64,000 bases of DNA, taken from contig CP145413.1 in the NCBI GenBank assembly GCA_036867785.1, positions 682,001 to 746,000 of the forward strand, written 5' to 3'. Source of the stretch: Plasmodiophora brassicae (Eukaryota). Position numbers and translations under genes: made by a program. Shown piece after piece: positions 23,695 through 37,700 of this stretch; within the stretch, counting starts at the first letter, position 1, and every line of letters begins with the position of its first letter. Below the pieces are notes generated by a model. The model searched no databases. It had not been told where the DNA came from and saw nothing but the letters and a program-made list of their open reading frames with translations.

Positions 23695-26196
23695 CTATTC
23701 GACTGCGGATGTCTCGCCGGCACCAGGGCCGCCCGTGGCAATATCAATGACAACGTGTGGCCGAACGACAAAGAGCGCCGCGTCTCGACCACGTAGTGTG
23801 AAGTCCATTGAGACCTGGTGCCGGTCGACCGCGATGCTTGACTGGACAGACGATGCCGTTGGGCGGCCTACTTCCATACGGGCCACCGATGCAGGTGGCC
23901 AGACCATGTCGCTCTCGTCGATGTCGCATTCCAGGTGGATGGGAATCGATTCGCGGTTCGCGTTCGTCACGACAATGCCGATCGATTGATCGGACAGGCT
24001 CACCCAGGTGGACGTGGCAATCGAATCCCATTCGTCGACGGCATTTGCATCGCGGCCAATGAAGGTACGGTGCCGGCGAGGTTGGGCGGGCGACGCCACA
24101 GTGGGCCGAACCGCAGTGATCGTAGCCGGGCGGGTCATGCGCCCAAGGACCAGGTAAGGGCGCGCCAGCTCGCGGTACTGCGAAAGCAGGCGCACATAGG
24201 CGACCTCGTCAGCATACTTCGCGCTGGTGAGGTCGTCGAATAGGCCCATGGCCGGTGGCACCGTCGTGCCGCTCATGGAGAACCTGAGTAACGAACGTGC
24301 TGTCAGCATGCACGGCAGGGTTGGCGATAAACCCAGGTTACCATCCCAGCGCCACTCCTGCGCTCCACATGTACGCCAGCTTGGCAGCGAATACGTCAGG
24401 ATTCGGATCCAGATCCGACCGGAAGAATTCCTGCCCGAATGTGTACACGTAGCCGCCGTATATGGACGGGAACAGCGGCACCGACCTGACTTGCGACGAC
24501 GCTGCGCCGAATTCGAAGGCCTACGAAGCAGCAAATGGTGAGGCAGGTGTGCCCATCAGACGGACGCGATATGGCCGACCTGTAGGGTCAGCATGCCATG
24601 GACGCCGCCGATATACGGTTCCGCGTTGCTCTCGGTGACAATCGGCGCTTGGTGCTGGGCGCACTGGTCGAGCATGGCAGTATAGCCGTGAACCCATTGT
24701 GGCCCACCGCCAATGTCGCTGTGGCCATGCGTCCCGTCGAAACACGGCACGGCGGCGGCGGCGGCGATCTGGTCAATGTAGAGGCCATCGACACCGGCCT
24801 GCGGACCGACGAGGTCACCGACGACTCCAGCGATCGTCTCCTGCCAGTACGATGTGGACGGGCACATGACGGCGAACGCGGCGCCGGACCCATACGATTC
24901 CCTGTAGATCGACAGCGACGACGGGTCGGGATCTGGACGATGCGGTGCCGATTTGGCCGCCCATTGCCTGGCGTGATCCGTCTGCCACTTGTCGATGCCG
25001 ATGTCGAATATGCGGCCGTTGATGTATGGGAAGACTCGTATGCCGGCGTGCTGCAGGCGTTCGACGGCAGACCTGAACCCGTCCTTGGCGGGCATGTACT
25101 CGGGGTACCCTGTGTCGAACTTGTGTCTGGCGTGCCACTCGTACCAATGCAGGGCCAAGTCGGCCTGGAACAGGCGTCGCATGGCCATAGCGTGCGCCAC
25201 AACTACTTCCGGGTCGCCTTGCTGATCGTCAAACACGTCGTACTGTTGCCAGCCGGTGTTGATCCAGATGTGCTGGGCCAGGAGCCAGTCGGGAACATCG
25301 CCGCGGGTCTGCATCGGACCACGCCCAATCCACCATGCGTGACCTTCGACGAACCGTGTCCGGTAGAGATGGGCGGCATGCCAGTAGTCATGCACAGGCA
25401 TCAGTACCCACTGGAACGGGACCGTCACTGTGCGCCCATGCAGCGCGCGACCTTGCACCGATGGCCAATACGACACGCCCATGGCAACGGAACCGTTGGC
25501 CGATGCTATGGTTCGCATGGTCTTGGACGACGCCAGGGAATCGTGTGTCCCGAAGTACAGTGCCGAGTACAGGTGATGCCGGTGCGGGTGCGGGTCCGGG
25601 TCGTCCAGCTCGATGGCCATGAACTGCATCGTGCAGTCGCCCGACGGGTACGTGCCCGACATCTGCGCCATACGGGTGCGGTCCTCGACAACCAGGCCGA
25701 AACCGTGCGGGAACAGAACGGAACGCGCCCGAGGGAACGCGCCGATGATGAACTGGATGTCCCAGATGGCAATGGCGCCCGGCCCCGTGTAGTCGCGTGC
25801 CAACACGTCGAATTCGACCGAGATGGCGTCCTGCGATGCCGTCATCGTGATCTGGACATCGATGCCACGACCGTCGATGTCTTTCCACCGCATCAAGGCC
25901 ATGTTGGCCGATCGAGTGAACCGGCGCGCTCGGGCCCAGCTGCCGTCGTACGTGACCGACAGGTTCGAGTCGACCACGGTCAGCGACCACATTTCGTGTG
26001 CCGATACTGACACGGCGCGCCCGCCCATATCCATCTCGACGATCCGCAGCGCATGCCGGTCAATGCCTAGCTGCAGATGGTCGCATCGCAGATATTCTAT
26101 GGGAGACGGATCGTGCGCGCCCAGTAACGTTCCAGCAGTGCTGGCCACCAGTGCAAATGCGATGACGACGGAAATAGGGCCGGCAGATGTCATCAT
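23695..26196 (-). CDS. Secreted DUF6259-like putative glycoside hydrolase, 2 introns
   Basis: Signal peptide; YPSG.CTMQF, YFGTHD, HWYEWH..FDT.YPEY.P, PYINGRIFD, MCP.T.YWQ, DGLYIDQIAA, C....HGH..GGG, TESNAEPY, VPLFPSIYGGY; family assignment from recall. Confidence 0.75.
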
Positions 26197-26510
26197 GTAC
26201 CCGCCAGTGGACGGCAACCTACCGTGTATGGTGACGTCGGGATTGGCGAACAATGGGCAGCGCACGTATCCAAGAAGGGTCGCGGGGAGTCGCGAGTCGC
26301 GACCGATGATGGCCCGGCAGAGCCCGCGCAAAATGGGCCCGTGCTCGCGTTTTGCCGAAAAACGTCATGGCCCGGCCGACAGGGACCCGAAAGTCCCAAT
26401 CGAGGGAGGCACAGTGTTGTTGGGAGTTGTGACCAGCGAGGCCCCGCCACGCCGCCGCCCACACGCACCCTGACAGCAGCGGTCGACGGAGACACCGGGC
26501 ACTGACCGCC

Positions 26511-26929
26511 ATGGCCAAGGATGAGCACGCCAACGCCAATATCCAGGCACCAGCAGCATCGGCGCCGGCCGGTGCACTGCCGGCCGAGGCCCGCCTGTCG
26601 CAGTCTTGGGACGAATGTATCGAGCATTTCGTGGTGAAGACCGGCTACGGCATCATTGCCGGTGGCCTGGCTAGCTTCATCTTGTTCCGTATGTGAACGA
26701 ACTTGACGCGCCATGCAAATTACGCGCCTGACTTGGACAACGTGTAGGGTCGCCAACCTCTCGGGCTCTCGTAACGGGTCTGGCGGGCGGGTTCGGTGCC
26801 GGCCTGTCGTACAGCGACTGCCAGTCTCTACTGTGCAAATCGAAGGGCGCCAAGGACTGCAAATCGAAATGCCCAGTAACAGGAACGGCGACGGGAACGG
26901 CGACCGGCACCGAGGCTGCCCAGCATTAA
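26511..26929 (+). CDS. MIC10: MICOS subunit Mic10 (MINOS1), one intron
   Basis: WDECIEHFVVKTGYG...G...SFILFR|..GLAGGFGAGLSYSDC. Confidence 0.85.
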
Positions 26930-27110
26930 TTTGACGGCTGTCACCTGATCGCCGCCGGGGATGCCTCACACAAGCGCGGCTGTTTCCGCAATATAAGACG
27001 GACGGATATGCGGCATGAGACGGTTTCAATTTAGGGATCGATTGATAGTTACGTAGTTTACTTGGCAAGCAGTTAGGTACATAGATAGCTTGATATGTCG
27101 CGCGTCAACA

Positions 27111-27901
27111 TCAATGTGCCAGCTTCCAGACGACAATGAAGATGGCCGCCAGGACAATCAGCATGATCATGACCCAGATGAACTTGTCGGTCGCTAGACG
27201 CCGACCTAGTCGTTTCCCGATGAATATGGCACGATCTAGGGTGTCCTCGATCTCGAACGCTTGATCATGGATCCGCGTCAGCTGTTCGCCCTGCTGTTTC
27301 AGCTTGGCCGCTGTCCTACAAGCTCACGAGTCAGCGCCCATTAATCATATATATCCTCATGCATGGTTACTCTGTGCCGACTGCCTTGGTTTCCTCGATG
27401 ATTCGCAGAGCATTGTTGCCTGAATCCGTGGTTTGTGCCATCAGACTCTGCCCATACGCCAGCAGACGCCGCTCTCGCTCCACTTCGTCGATTCGCTCCG
27501 ATACAAAGTCGCTGCTTTCTATAACAACGTTGGCGTTAGCTTGTTCGAATTCGGACCGTGCCCACTCCAGGTCCCGTTGGAACTCTTTGACCTTGTCGCG
27601 ATGGGCGCGTAGCACCTGTAAGACATGATCAGTCGCGTACGTGAGCAAAACGGCAGTCTGCCCTAGCACATGGCGTACGTACGAATCTCCATCTGTGGCA
27701 TTCGTCAGGTGACAGTAATCGGCATTCGCTGTCCAAGATCTTGAGCTCGCGGCTAACAAGCGACACGCTGGACGTGAGCTTATCGAGAAGAGCCTGCCGG
27801 TCGGCAGGCCGATCCAGGTCGGCCAGCGTGCGGAACTGGACCTCACAGTGGTTGATGCTGTCGACCAGACAATCATGCCGCAGATCGACGTCGGTACTCA
27901 T
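27111..27901 (-). CDS. NPSN-type (Vti1-related) Qb-SNARE, 2 introns
   Basis: Habc-like N-terminus; SNARE motif IIEETKAVGTE|TAAKLKQQGEQL..I....EI...L.RA; RRLATDKFI followed by a C-terminal TM helix. Confidence 0.85.
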
Positions 27902-28601
27902 GACGACAGGGAACCGGTTCAGTTGTAACAGCGATGACGACGCAGAGCGCGCAATTCCGCATGACCCACCCGTCCAGCTATTTTCGGATAGTCCGATGCC
28001 CGTACGTCACCGTACGTCACTTACCGGTAATGGCATGCGGCGGACTGGGTGTATAATTCGGGACGAACCTACGGCTCATGGTCACATAACGCGTGAAACA
28101 GGCCTGCCGATTTGCCAAGATCCCGGAGCATGCCCTCCAAGATGCTAAGACAGGAAGCAGTTCGCTCGGCGACCCAGTGCAGTGTGAACACGTAGCCGGG
28201 ATATTTTTATGACCGCACTGATCAGTGTCGCTACCTAGTCTGATCCTGGATACGCTGGCGCTGCGCGCAGAACCGATGATGCCATAACCGAAATGAAGGC
28301 TGTCATTCGTAACGTCAACAGGCGACATCATCATATATGACTTCAACATGTTCATTGCGCTCCTGCCTACGTTGTTTGAAGGCTTCAGGCTTATGCCTGT
28401 GTAACGAACTGAGGCGCACTTTCCCCGGCCCGGGTAGGTAACTCCGTGGCGGAGTTCGTGGCGGCTGTCCAGTTGGCCGTTGAGTTTGCATAAACCAGGC
28501 CTTCTGTCCTGTTGTCAGTGTGAGGCTATCACCAGCACGGGTCAAAAACAATCCCCGAGTCCCGTGTTCAGCACACGTAAACTCAACAAGAATTCGGGCT
28601 C

Positions 28602-30648
28602 ATGACGACCGAGAACGGCGGTGATGGCGCAGGCGCGCAGGTTGGTGGTGGTGATGGCCCAGGCGCGCAGACCATCCGGGTCAAGGCCGAGGACATAGTC
28701 AAGATCCAGTCGACGCTGGACGTCATCCTGGAGCGGCTGGCAGCGGTGGACGCGGGCAGGGCGGACACGGATGCTACGGTCGCAGCGCTGGGACTGGACC
28801 TGGAGGAGATCAAGGAGGTTGTCAGAAACAGGGCGGCGGCGCCTCCGGAGCGGGGCAACCAAGCAGGAGGTGCGAGGGAAGATGGGAGCGCCGGGGTCGC
28901 CGCAGAGCCCGGGACCAGAGCACTCTTGCGAGGCGCAGTGTGCGTGCCACGTGGCAGCAGCATTGGCGACGACGAGGACGATATCGGAGGACGCTATGGA
29001 AGGGGTGGCCGGTGCGAAGGCTACGAAACAGATGACCGTCGTCAACTGCCGACCAAGATATCCCTCAAGGAATGCTTGTGTAACCCCTGGAAGAGCAAGG
29101 AGGAGGTGAAGACGTGGCTGAACCGGGCCATCGCGACGGTGCGACGATTGAGGGCCAGCCGAGACGACATACAGGACTATGTCATCAGCAAGTTGATGGA
29201 ACCGCAGCTGCGGGCCCATGTGGTGGCGTCGGCACGACTGCTGCCTGACGCGCCGTTCGTCGACGTGCTAATCGACGCGAGAGACAAGCTCCTGGGCACC
29301 ATGCAGACCCGAACGCGAGTTCGTTCGTGGAAGAGTGCGGCGCGAGCGCTCAAGCAGGCCGACAACGAGTCGTTGAGTGACTTCCTGGTCGTCAGCAAGT
29401 TGATGGAACCGCAGCTGCGGGCCCATGGGATGGCGTCGGCACGACTGCTGCCCGACGCGCCGTTTATCGACGTACTAATCGACGCGGGAGACAAGCTCCT
29501 GGGTACCTGCATGCAGACCCGAACGCGGCGTTCATGGAAGAGTGCGGCGCGAGCACTCAATCAGGCCGAAAACGAGTCGTTGACTGACTTCCTGCCGAAA
29601 TTGGAAACGGTCATTAACGAGTTCGTCGAGAACGATCCCGAGAACGCCGACGACGAGGAGATATTCGACATCTATTTGGCGGCGATCACCGCTGACGTGA
29701 AGGCGACCCTGGAAACGGAGCACAATCTCTGGGCGCACCTGGACGTGCGGGAGACGTACCTGGACAAGGTGAGGTACCTCAGGGAATGCCTATACGCCCA
29801 GCGCGCCAAGGAAGACGCCCAGTCGAAGAAGCGGATGTTGGTGGTGGCGGTCTCCAGGCCGCCCGTGTGCAGCACCTGCAACAGCAGGGACCACTCCTGA
29901 AGGGACTGTGACCGCGCACGCGCCAAGGGGAGCTGCAGGGCCAGTAATGGAGCCCAGCACTTCCGGTTCGAGTGTCCGAGGCGCAATGCAAGCCCGCAGT
30001 TGAGCGACGTGGGCGCGACAACGAATGGACCGACGATACCGGCAGTAGCCATGAGACCGTAGGCAGCGAAGGCGTCAGCGGGCGCGACGGCGCCGGCCGC
30101 GTCGTCCGGCTGCCGGGGCGGGGCAGCCGCAACCGTCCCAATCCCCTTTGATCCAGGAGGGCAGGGGGAACTGCGATCGGTCGCAGCGTTCGAGAACGAG
30201 GTCGTCGGCGACCACGTGCACGCCATGGTGGACATCACTGATCACGGTGTGCGGACGACGCATGACGGCGTTGCTCGACACGTGGGCATGAGCGGTCAAC
30301 ATCGCGAGCCGGTACGCAGTGCAGGCGGCCGGTGTGGCGGTGACGCGAGGGGCGCTTCAGCTGGAGGACTTCGCGGCTCAACCTGTCGAGAATGCCGGAG
30401 CAGCGGAGCTTCCGTTCAGCATCGGTGGGGCACAGACGACCATCGGGGTCACTGTGTGTGACGACGCGATGCCGCACGACGTCATTATCGGCCTCCCACA
30501 ACTGCATGCGTGGCGAACGCGATGGGACCTGGCGCAAGGTCACGTCGAGATCCCAGGCGTCGCGTCCTTCTGACCTGCCCGTACGACGAACGGGGCGGAC
30601 GTTTCAGTTGTGCCTGATGGAGGACGTTGACGTGCGGCGGGACCAAGT
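28602..30648 (+). mobile_element. Degenerate Ty3/Gypsy element G1, 5' part (gag, CCHC, protease remnant); continues at 58123
   Basis: Gag-like ORF 28602-29900, broken knuckle CSTCNSRDHS*RDC, LLDTW protease-like motif and DVIIGLP; frame continues across the TSD CAAGT. Confidence 0.7.
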
Positions 30649-30795
30649 TGTCAGGAGACGACACGACGGACGACTATTGTCTCCACAACACGGAATTAAC
30701 CGACTGCCGAAGCCGTCGGTTGCCGTGGACGTTTATTCAAACTGCGCGGCTGCGCGACCCCCGTCGCGGTCGTGCCATAACAGTATAGTCCCCTG

Positions 30796-33207
30796 TCATC
30801 GGGCCGGCCTGCGGGGTGGCTTTCGCCACTTCGGCCCCGGCTTGGTTGGGTACCGAGCGTGGAAGTTAGCCAACAATTCGTTGAGCCCACCTGTACCGTG
30901 TAGTTCTCCTGCGGGTTCCCACGTGCGTTCAGAAGGCGGGTACCCCTCCCAGTCGATCAAATATTCCAATCGGGAACGGCGATATCGAGAATCGAGAACA
31001 TCGTGAACGATGAAGAGGGGAGCATCGTCATCCGCGAGAAGAATCGGTGGAGGAGGAGGTTGAGTGCGACCAGGGATAAGGTTGGCGACGTAAGGCTCGA
31101 GTTGAGATACATGAAATACATAGTGGATACGGAACTCGGCAGGAAGGTCGAGTTGAAAGGCAACCGGATTGACGAGTTGGCTGATAGGGAATGGCCCTAA
31201 AAATTGGTAGTCGAGCTTCGCGCCGGGTCGCAGAATTTTCAGGGAGCCGCGACGTAACATCACTAAGTCGCCCACCTGAAACTTCGGAGACGTTTGCCGC
31301 TTCGCGTCGGCGAATCGTTTGGAATCGGCAGAAGCTCGAGTCAATTGGCGGGTCAAGAAGTTGCGAATCCTCTGCAAGGACTCAGCTCGCTCGTCGGCAG
31401 TCGGATTGGCGCTGGTAGACGGTCGAGGTTGCACGTCCATCACACGTGGATGGTAGCCATAATTCGCGAAAAACGGTGACATACCTGTCGCGGTATGGTC
31501 TGCATTGTTGTACGAAAATTCGGCTACGGCAAGGAGCGGATGCCAGTCGTCGTGTAAGTAGTTGACGTACGCACGGAGATACTGTTCCATGACTTGGTTC
31601 ACCCGCTCGGTTTGGCCATCGGATTCTGGGTGCCGCGAAGAAGACAGGTTGCGTTGCACGCCGAGACGTATGAGAAGTTGCTTCCAGAACTTAGCGATGA
31701 ACTGAGGCCCTCGGTCCGCCACGATATCGTCAGGGAGGCCATGTAAGCGGAAGACATTTGCTAGAAACAAGGCGGCAAGGTCGACAGATGATATTGTTTC
31801 GTTGCAAGGAATAAAATGCGCCATCTTGGAGAGGCGGTCAACGACGACGAGGATGGAGTCATACCCGTTCGAGCAGGGAAGCTTGACCACGAAGTCCATG
31901 GAAATGGACCGCCACAGAGTCGTCGGCAGAGGGAGTGGCATGAGTAATCCGAAGGGCTTGTGCCGAGCCGTCTTAGTCCGACGACACGTATCGCAGGAGA
32001 GCACGTAGCGGGTTACGAAAGTGGTTAAACGCGGCCACCAAAATTCGCGGCGAATTAACTGCACGGTTTTTCGAATACCGAGGTGGCCCGCCGTGACATT
32101 ATCGTGGAAATAGCGAAGAATGTCCAGTTTGCAGTCATCGCCAGAGACAACCACAGAATGTCCACGGTATAGAACGTCGTCTCAGACGCTAAAGTGGCGG
32201 CCGCTCGGACGATGAAGTCGCTGACGGGTGCGGCACACAAACGGGTCGGAAGCTTGGTTGCGGCGGATACGATCGAGGAGTGCGTCGGTTGGAGTATCGG
32301 TCACGTGGATCTGGACCTCCTGTAGAGGTCCTGGCCCGAGCCGCGACGGTGGAAGGAGCAGGAGTGACTGCTGGAGCACACCTCATCCTGATCAGAAGGC
32401 GCGTATTCGGGGCGACGAGTCAGGGCGTCCGCCTTGCCATGAAGACGGCCTGGTCGGTGTTGGATAACGAAATCAAATTCGTTAAGCAGTTGGGACCATC
32501 GGACTTGACGACGATTCAGTTTGTGAGTGCTGGTGAAGTACTCCAGATTCCGATGATCGCTGTGGATGACGGTCTGGTGCCGCGATGAGTCCAGGAACTG
32601 ACGCCACTTCTCGAAGGTCTGGACGACCGCGAGAAGTTCCTTGTCGTAGATAGGAAAATTGATCTCAGCAGGCGCGAGCTTGCGCGAGAAGAATGCCAAC
32701 GGGTGAAGTTCATCATCGGGCTCCCGCTGCGACAATACCATTGCCACCGCGAAATCGGAAGCATCCGTTTCCACTTCGCACGGGCGATCTGGGTCGAAAT
32801 GAGCAAGGACAGGGGCTGACGTGAAAGCAACCTTGAGCGCCGTGGATGCGGCTTCTGCCGATTGGTCCCAACGAAACGGCACGTTATCACGCGTGAGATT
32901 TGTCAGCGGTAAGGCCAGTTCTGCGAAGTGGGGAACGAAGATAGAAGTTAGCGAACCCGAGAAATACCTGCACCCCGTGGACGTCGGTCGGCTGTTGCCA
33001 CGAGAGAATGCAATCGATCCTGGAGGGGTCAACCCGTATCCCGGAGGAGGACACCAAGAAACCTAAGAATTCCACTTCGACCGTATTGAAGACGCACTTC
33101 TCCAGTTTAGCGTGGAGTTGAGCAGTGCGGAGTCGCTCTAGGACGAGACGGACATGGCGTTCATGGTCCTCGGGAGTCGATGAGTAGATCAGGATGTCGT
33201 CCAAGTA
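30796..33207 (-). pseudogene. pol of element B: RT C-terminal part, RNase H, integrase, chromodomain (frameshifted)
   Basis: YLDDILIYS, ETDASDFA, YDKELLA, DHRNL, HHCC GHLG..KT..C..C, ISMDF, PESDGQTER, chromodomain YLIDWEGYP..E.TWEP. Confidence 0.9.
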
Positions 33208-34779
33208 TTCCTCATTTTCATCCAAAATGCAAAATCTGCTACGGTTCCTTGGCGGAGTTCGTGCGGTTTGATTGGTCCGCGCCCAGTCATGGCACTGTCG
33301 TCTGACGAGAGTGATAGGGCGTCGAGCTTGGGATCTGATGCATCGCGCCGGCGGAATCGACCCCCAGAAGATGATGAAGGGTCGTCTCGTGCACAGCGAA
33401 ACGAATCTGGGCCCAAACTCTATCGCATCCGTTTCAAAACTTTCGTCAAGGCGTATTGTAACGCGCATGCGCGGCCCAGTTCGTCTGTTGGCATGACGGA
33501 GATCAATGCCGACTCCCTACAAGAGTTTCTTCATGCGCTTCTCGATGTCTGTCGTCGCCATGTCGTCGGCATTGCGGTTCGGGACGGTTTGGATGAGCCA
33601 GCCTCCTTTGTCCTTCGGCCGGCACCAATTGAAGCGGAGGACCTTCCGGGTCTAATTCGTTTCAAAGCGAGCAATCACGTATATAACGTCGGCGAAGACG
33701 GAGGTATTTCTCGTAATATTTTCAGTTATTAGCATTGATTTTGGGTTCACCTAGACCTTTCGGAAAAGACTCTGACACGGTGGACGCACAATGCCACCAA
33801 GCCGGACCTGTACATTTACAAGTACGGCAACAACATCGTCAATGTATCCGAGTTCAAACGGTTCCAGACTACTGTCCTGGGCGTGCCCCAGGTTGACAGG
33901 GCAGGTCACCCGTCAAACGAAGCGGTCGCTTCAGTTGTGGCCCAACTGAAAGACCGCTGGGGCCATATCTATGTGTCGGATCCGATTAACTGGCAAATCT
34001 GGGCCAGCGAAATCTCGCGTCTTAGTGCCCCACAACAGGCCGCTTGTAGTCAGTCTCGAGCCAATATCCCAATGACTTTATCATCCATCCCATCCACGGC
34101 GTCGGCCATGCCATCACAGTGGAGCTAAATCCGTGCAGGCCCCCTTTTCCTCAGGACAGCAGGACCCTTCTCCTCAGGACAGCAGCATCTTGAGGTCGGG
34201 CACGAGACGCTAAATATAGAGCCCCGCTCTACACTGCCTTTCTCCGAACTCGTGCCCGGAACCAGCAACATCATCATCGTGCCCGGCGACGATAGGGAAG
34301 ACGGCGAAGGGTAGTGTGAGACTCGGAATCACCCAATACTCACTAAAAACCACCTTGTAACCCCATGGGAAAAATCGGTGGAAAATCCATTTACGGACAC
34401 CCTTGCCACAGCCAGCCGAGATGGAGATACATGAACTGACGAAAACATCGGCGATGGGGCGCTCGACCCAGATGGGTGGAGCCCGGTCCATATACACCCG
34501 AAAAGTATCATTCACCTACACAGGGAACCCATCGGGGTCAAATCGGGGTCAATTGGGCAACGCGGCCTCCAGAATGGTGGTCGGTCAACCTGTCATACAG
34601 TTATAGAGATCCCTTCATTCGGTCACACGTACGGTGTGTTTGGTGACTCTGCAGGAATTGCTACCACTGTGGGTCAATTCGGGGCATTCTGCTCCAGACT
34701 GGCCACATTGCGATTTTCACAACATAAGTATCGTTTTCGGAAGTGCGTGAGTCGCGGCGTCATTGGTGTGCGTCTGTGA

Positions 34780-37700
34780 ATGAGTCGACCACGCAGTCTG
34801 GGATCGAGTAGCGACTCACCAGAGCATCCGGGCGGTGATGCTTCTCGGGACGTGAATATCTTCTTTGAGCATGTGCGCGAATACCAGCGTCGTCGCGCAG
34901 CTGCCGATTCTGATCGCCAGCGGAACAACGTCGCCGCCGGCAACCGTTTTCTTGAGATTGCTCGTCGAGCTCTGAGCGAACGGCGCAATCCTTCAGTCGA
35001 CGTCATGCACAATCCGTTTCTCCGGCTCTTCGATGAGCACCGTCGGCGGCGCCAACGTCGACCGACGATGACTGTAACGAGGCATGGAGACAATGTTTCT
35101 GTGGAGCCGTTTGATATCCGCCCGGCGCTGTTGGAGAACAATGCCCGTTCCAATGTTCAGGAATTCAACGAGTGGCGCGAAACTAACTGCAAAGAGTACA
35201 TGAATGAGCTCAGGCTTTCCGATTTCCTGGTGGCCGAAATCAGCAAGAAGCTGGAGGAACTCGAGGCACCGAACATCGATCCGACAATTCTCGACAATTT
35301 CGATGAGGTGATGCGGTCAAAGGGATCGTACAACTCCCTCAATAATATGCTGAAGATTGCTTCCAACCGTGCTAAGGAGTCACGTATTCGTCGAAATGCA
35401 CTGGTAAGAACACACCGCTTTGTTCACGAATGTAAGTTCTCATGGTCATTTGGTAGATTCGTGATATTTGTGAGGCCAAAGGGGTACCAAGTGACGACTT
35501 TACTGATGCTCTGGATGTGGACCTGAATGCTACAGCCGAATCTATCAGTGTGTTACGCAGACACCTTCTGGATATGGGGGTGACGTCACCCTTTATCAGG
35601 TACAAGGCCTGCTGCGGTGGTCATGTGTGGCCCGATGGCGCAGATGTGCCATCGTCAGAGGCCTGCTGTCGTCAGTCAGAGCCGTGTATCTACTTTTCGC
35701 GAATTTTGTTTCTGCAGTGTCTGTTCCGGTCGAACACGTTCTGCAAGATGCTCCACGACGAACTCGACCGCCATCGAGATATCGCATCGGCTCCTTTGAG
35801 AAGTACGTATATGCAAGACTGGACGGATGGAGACTTCTTTTATACGGTGTATTCGCCGTTTATGAAGTCTTGCCTCGAGAACGGCGAGTTCCCTCTCTCG
35901 TTGTCATCCATGATCGACGGGGCAGATCTTCTCAGCTGGGGATCTAAGTCAGTTGTTCCTCTTGTCCAAATTGTGATGGGGTTACCGGCTTCGGTTCGCT
36001 GTCACCCTTTATCAGGTACAAGGCCTGCTGCGGTGGTCATGTGTGGCCCGATGGCGCAGATGTGCCATCGTCAGAGGCCTGCTGTCGTCAGTCAGAGCCG
36101 TGTATCTACTTTTCGCGAATTTTGTTTCTGCAGTGTCTGTTCCGGTCGAACACGTTCTGCAAGATGCTCCACGACGAACTCGACCGCCATCGAGATATCG
36201 CATCGGCTCCTTTGAGAAGTACGTATATGCAAGACTGGACGGATGGAGACTTCTTTTATACGGTGTATTCGCCGTTTATGAAGTCTTGCCTCGAGAACGG
36301 CGAGTTCCCTCTCTCGTTGTCATCCATGATCGACGGGGCAGATCTTCTCAGCTGGGGATCTAAGTCAGTTGTTCCTCTTGTCCAAATTGTGATGGGGTTA
36401 CCGGCTTCGGTTCGCTGCAATCAGGGCCTTATGTCCCCTGTGGCATTGATCCCAAACGTTGCTAAGGGTCATCGACGTGCAGTGCAGAGACTGGACGCTT
36501 TTGAGCTGAATTTGATGAACTACTATGGATTCCCAGTGTTCGACGCAGTCGAGAAGAGAGTCAAGCATGTTCGATGCATCTCGGCAGTGATGGTATGTTG
36601 TCCACATATAACAGTTTGTATGCTGCAATACCCGTATTAACCGCCTCCATCAGCCAATGGATTATATCGAGCTCTGTCACACGAGCTGTACTAGCCAGAA
36701 CGGCAAGCAGGATGCTTGCAATAAATGCAGCATCAGAGGCCGTTCAGCAAACCGATCTGTCAAGTACCATGGGGCATTTATGTTCGCGTCATCGGATGTC
36801 CAACGCCATGTCAGTATACTGGTAGCGTTGCTAAGTACGGGTTGATCACTGAAGATTTATGCTTGCTGATATAGTTCTGTAAAAAATATGAAGACATGCT
36901 GGAGTATCTCGACGCATTGCCTTCCGATAAAAGGCCGAGCGACGTGCGTTCACTTGATCAGCTACGTGATGATGTGCGCTGCAAAGACGACGACGAAGTT
37001 CGGCGTCGCATGACGTCGAGGAACGTCGGTGACCGTGGTGGATACCGTCACCCGGGTTATGACGTCTACTCCGTTGGCCTTCTGTGCAGTTTTGGACACG
37101 CGTCCAATTACGTGCACGATCCTATGCACGCCATCTGCATGCGTGCTGTTCGCCCGCTTTTTCAAGCGATCGACTTCTACGGATCGGGTTCATCATATTA
37201 CAATCCTGAGGTAAGCGGGCCTGCTCGACTGCACGGCCAACTGTAACACCGTTTGCACAGACTGAGAAACTGTTCGGTCGTGGAGACTGTCCCAGTCCTG
37301 TGTGGGCTTGGCCCAATAACACTGCCTATCCCGCTAAAGTGAAGGCTGGTGTAAAATGGTCCTCCCTGGCTGTTGAAATCGATCATGTTTTGGAGAACCT
37401 TACGTGGGTATCGCGAACCGGTGGTTCAACGAAACCAAGGAACCCTTTGGTGAGTTCCTGGTGGAAAGCAGCTGACTCCCTTGTTTGGCTCGGCGACGTT
37501 GGCATTGGGATCTGGTGGTCTGTTGTTTCGCGGGTGCTGGTTCGAACCCGTCCAGACTCTCCCATTGCTTCGTTCTGGATACCGATGTTTCGTTTTCTCG
37601 ATGCGCTGTCATCAATGCTTTCGAAGGCTTTTGTTAGAAGCAACCTAGATCGTGTGTTTTCTAACTTTCTCGACGCTCTGGCGCATCTAGAATCTGTCAT

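Noticed and set aside
28150-28560. Cys/His-containing minus-strand fragment (CGHKNIPATCSHC), possibly a DNA transposase tail
   Set aside because: Too short and degenerate to assign
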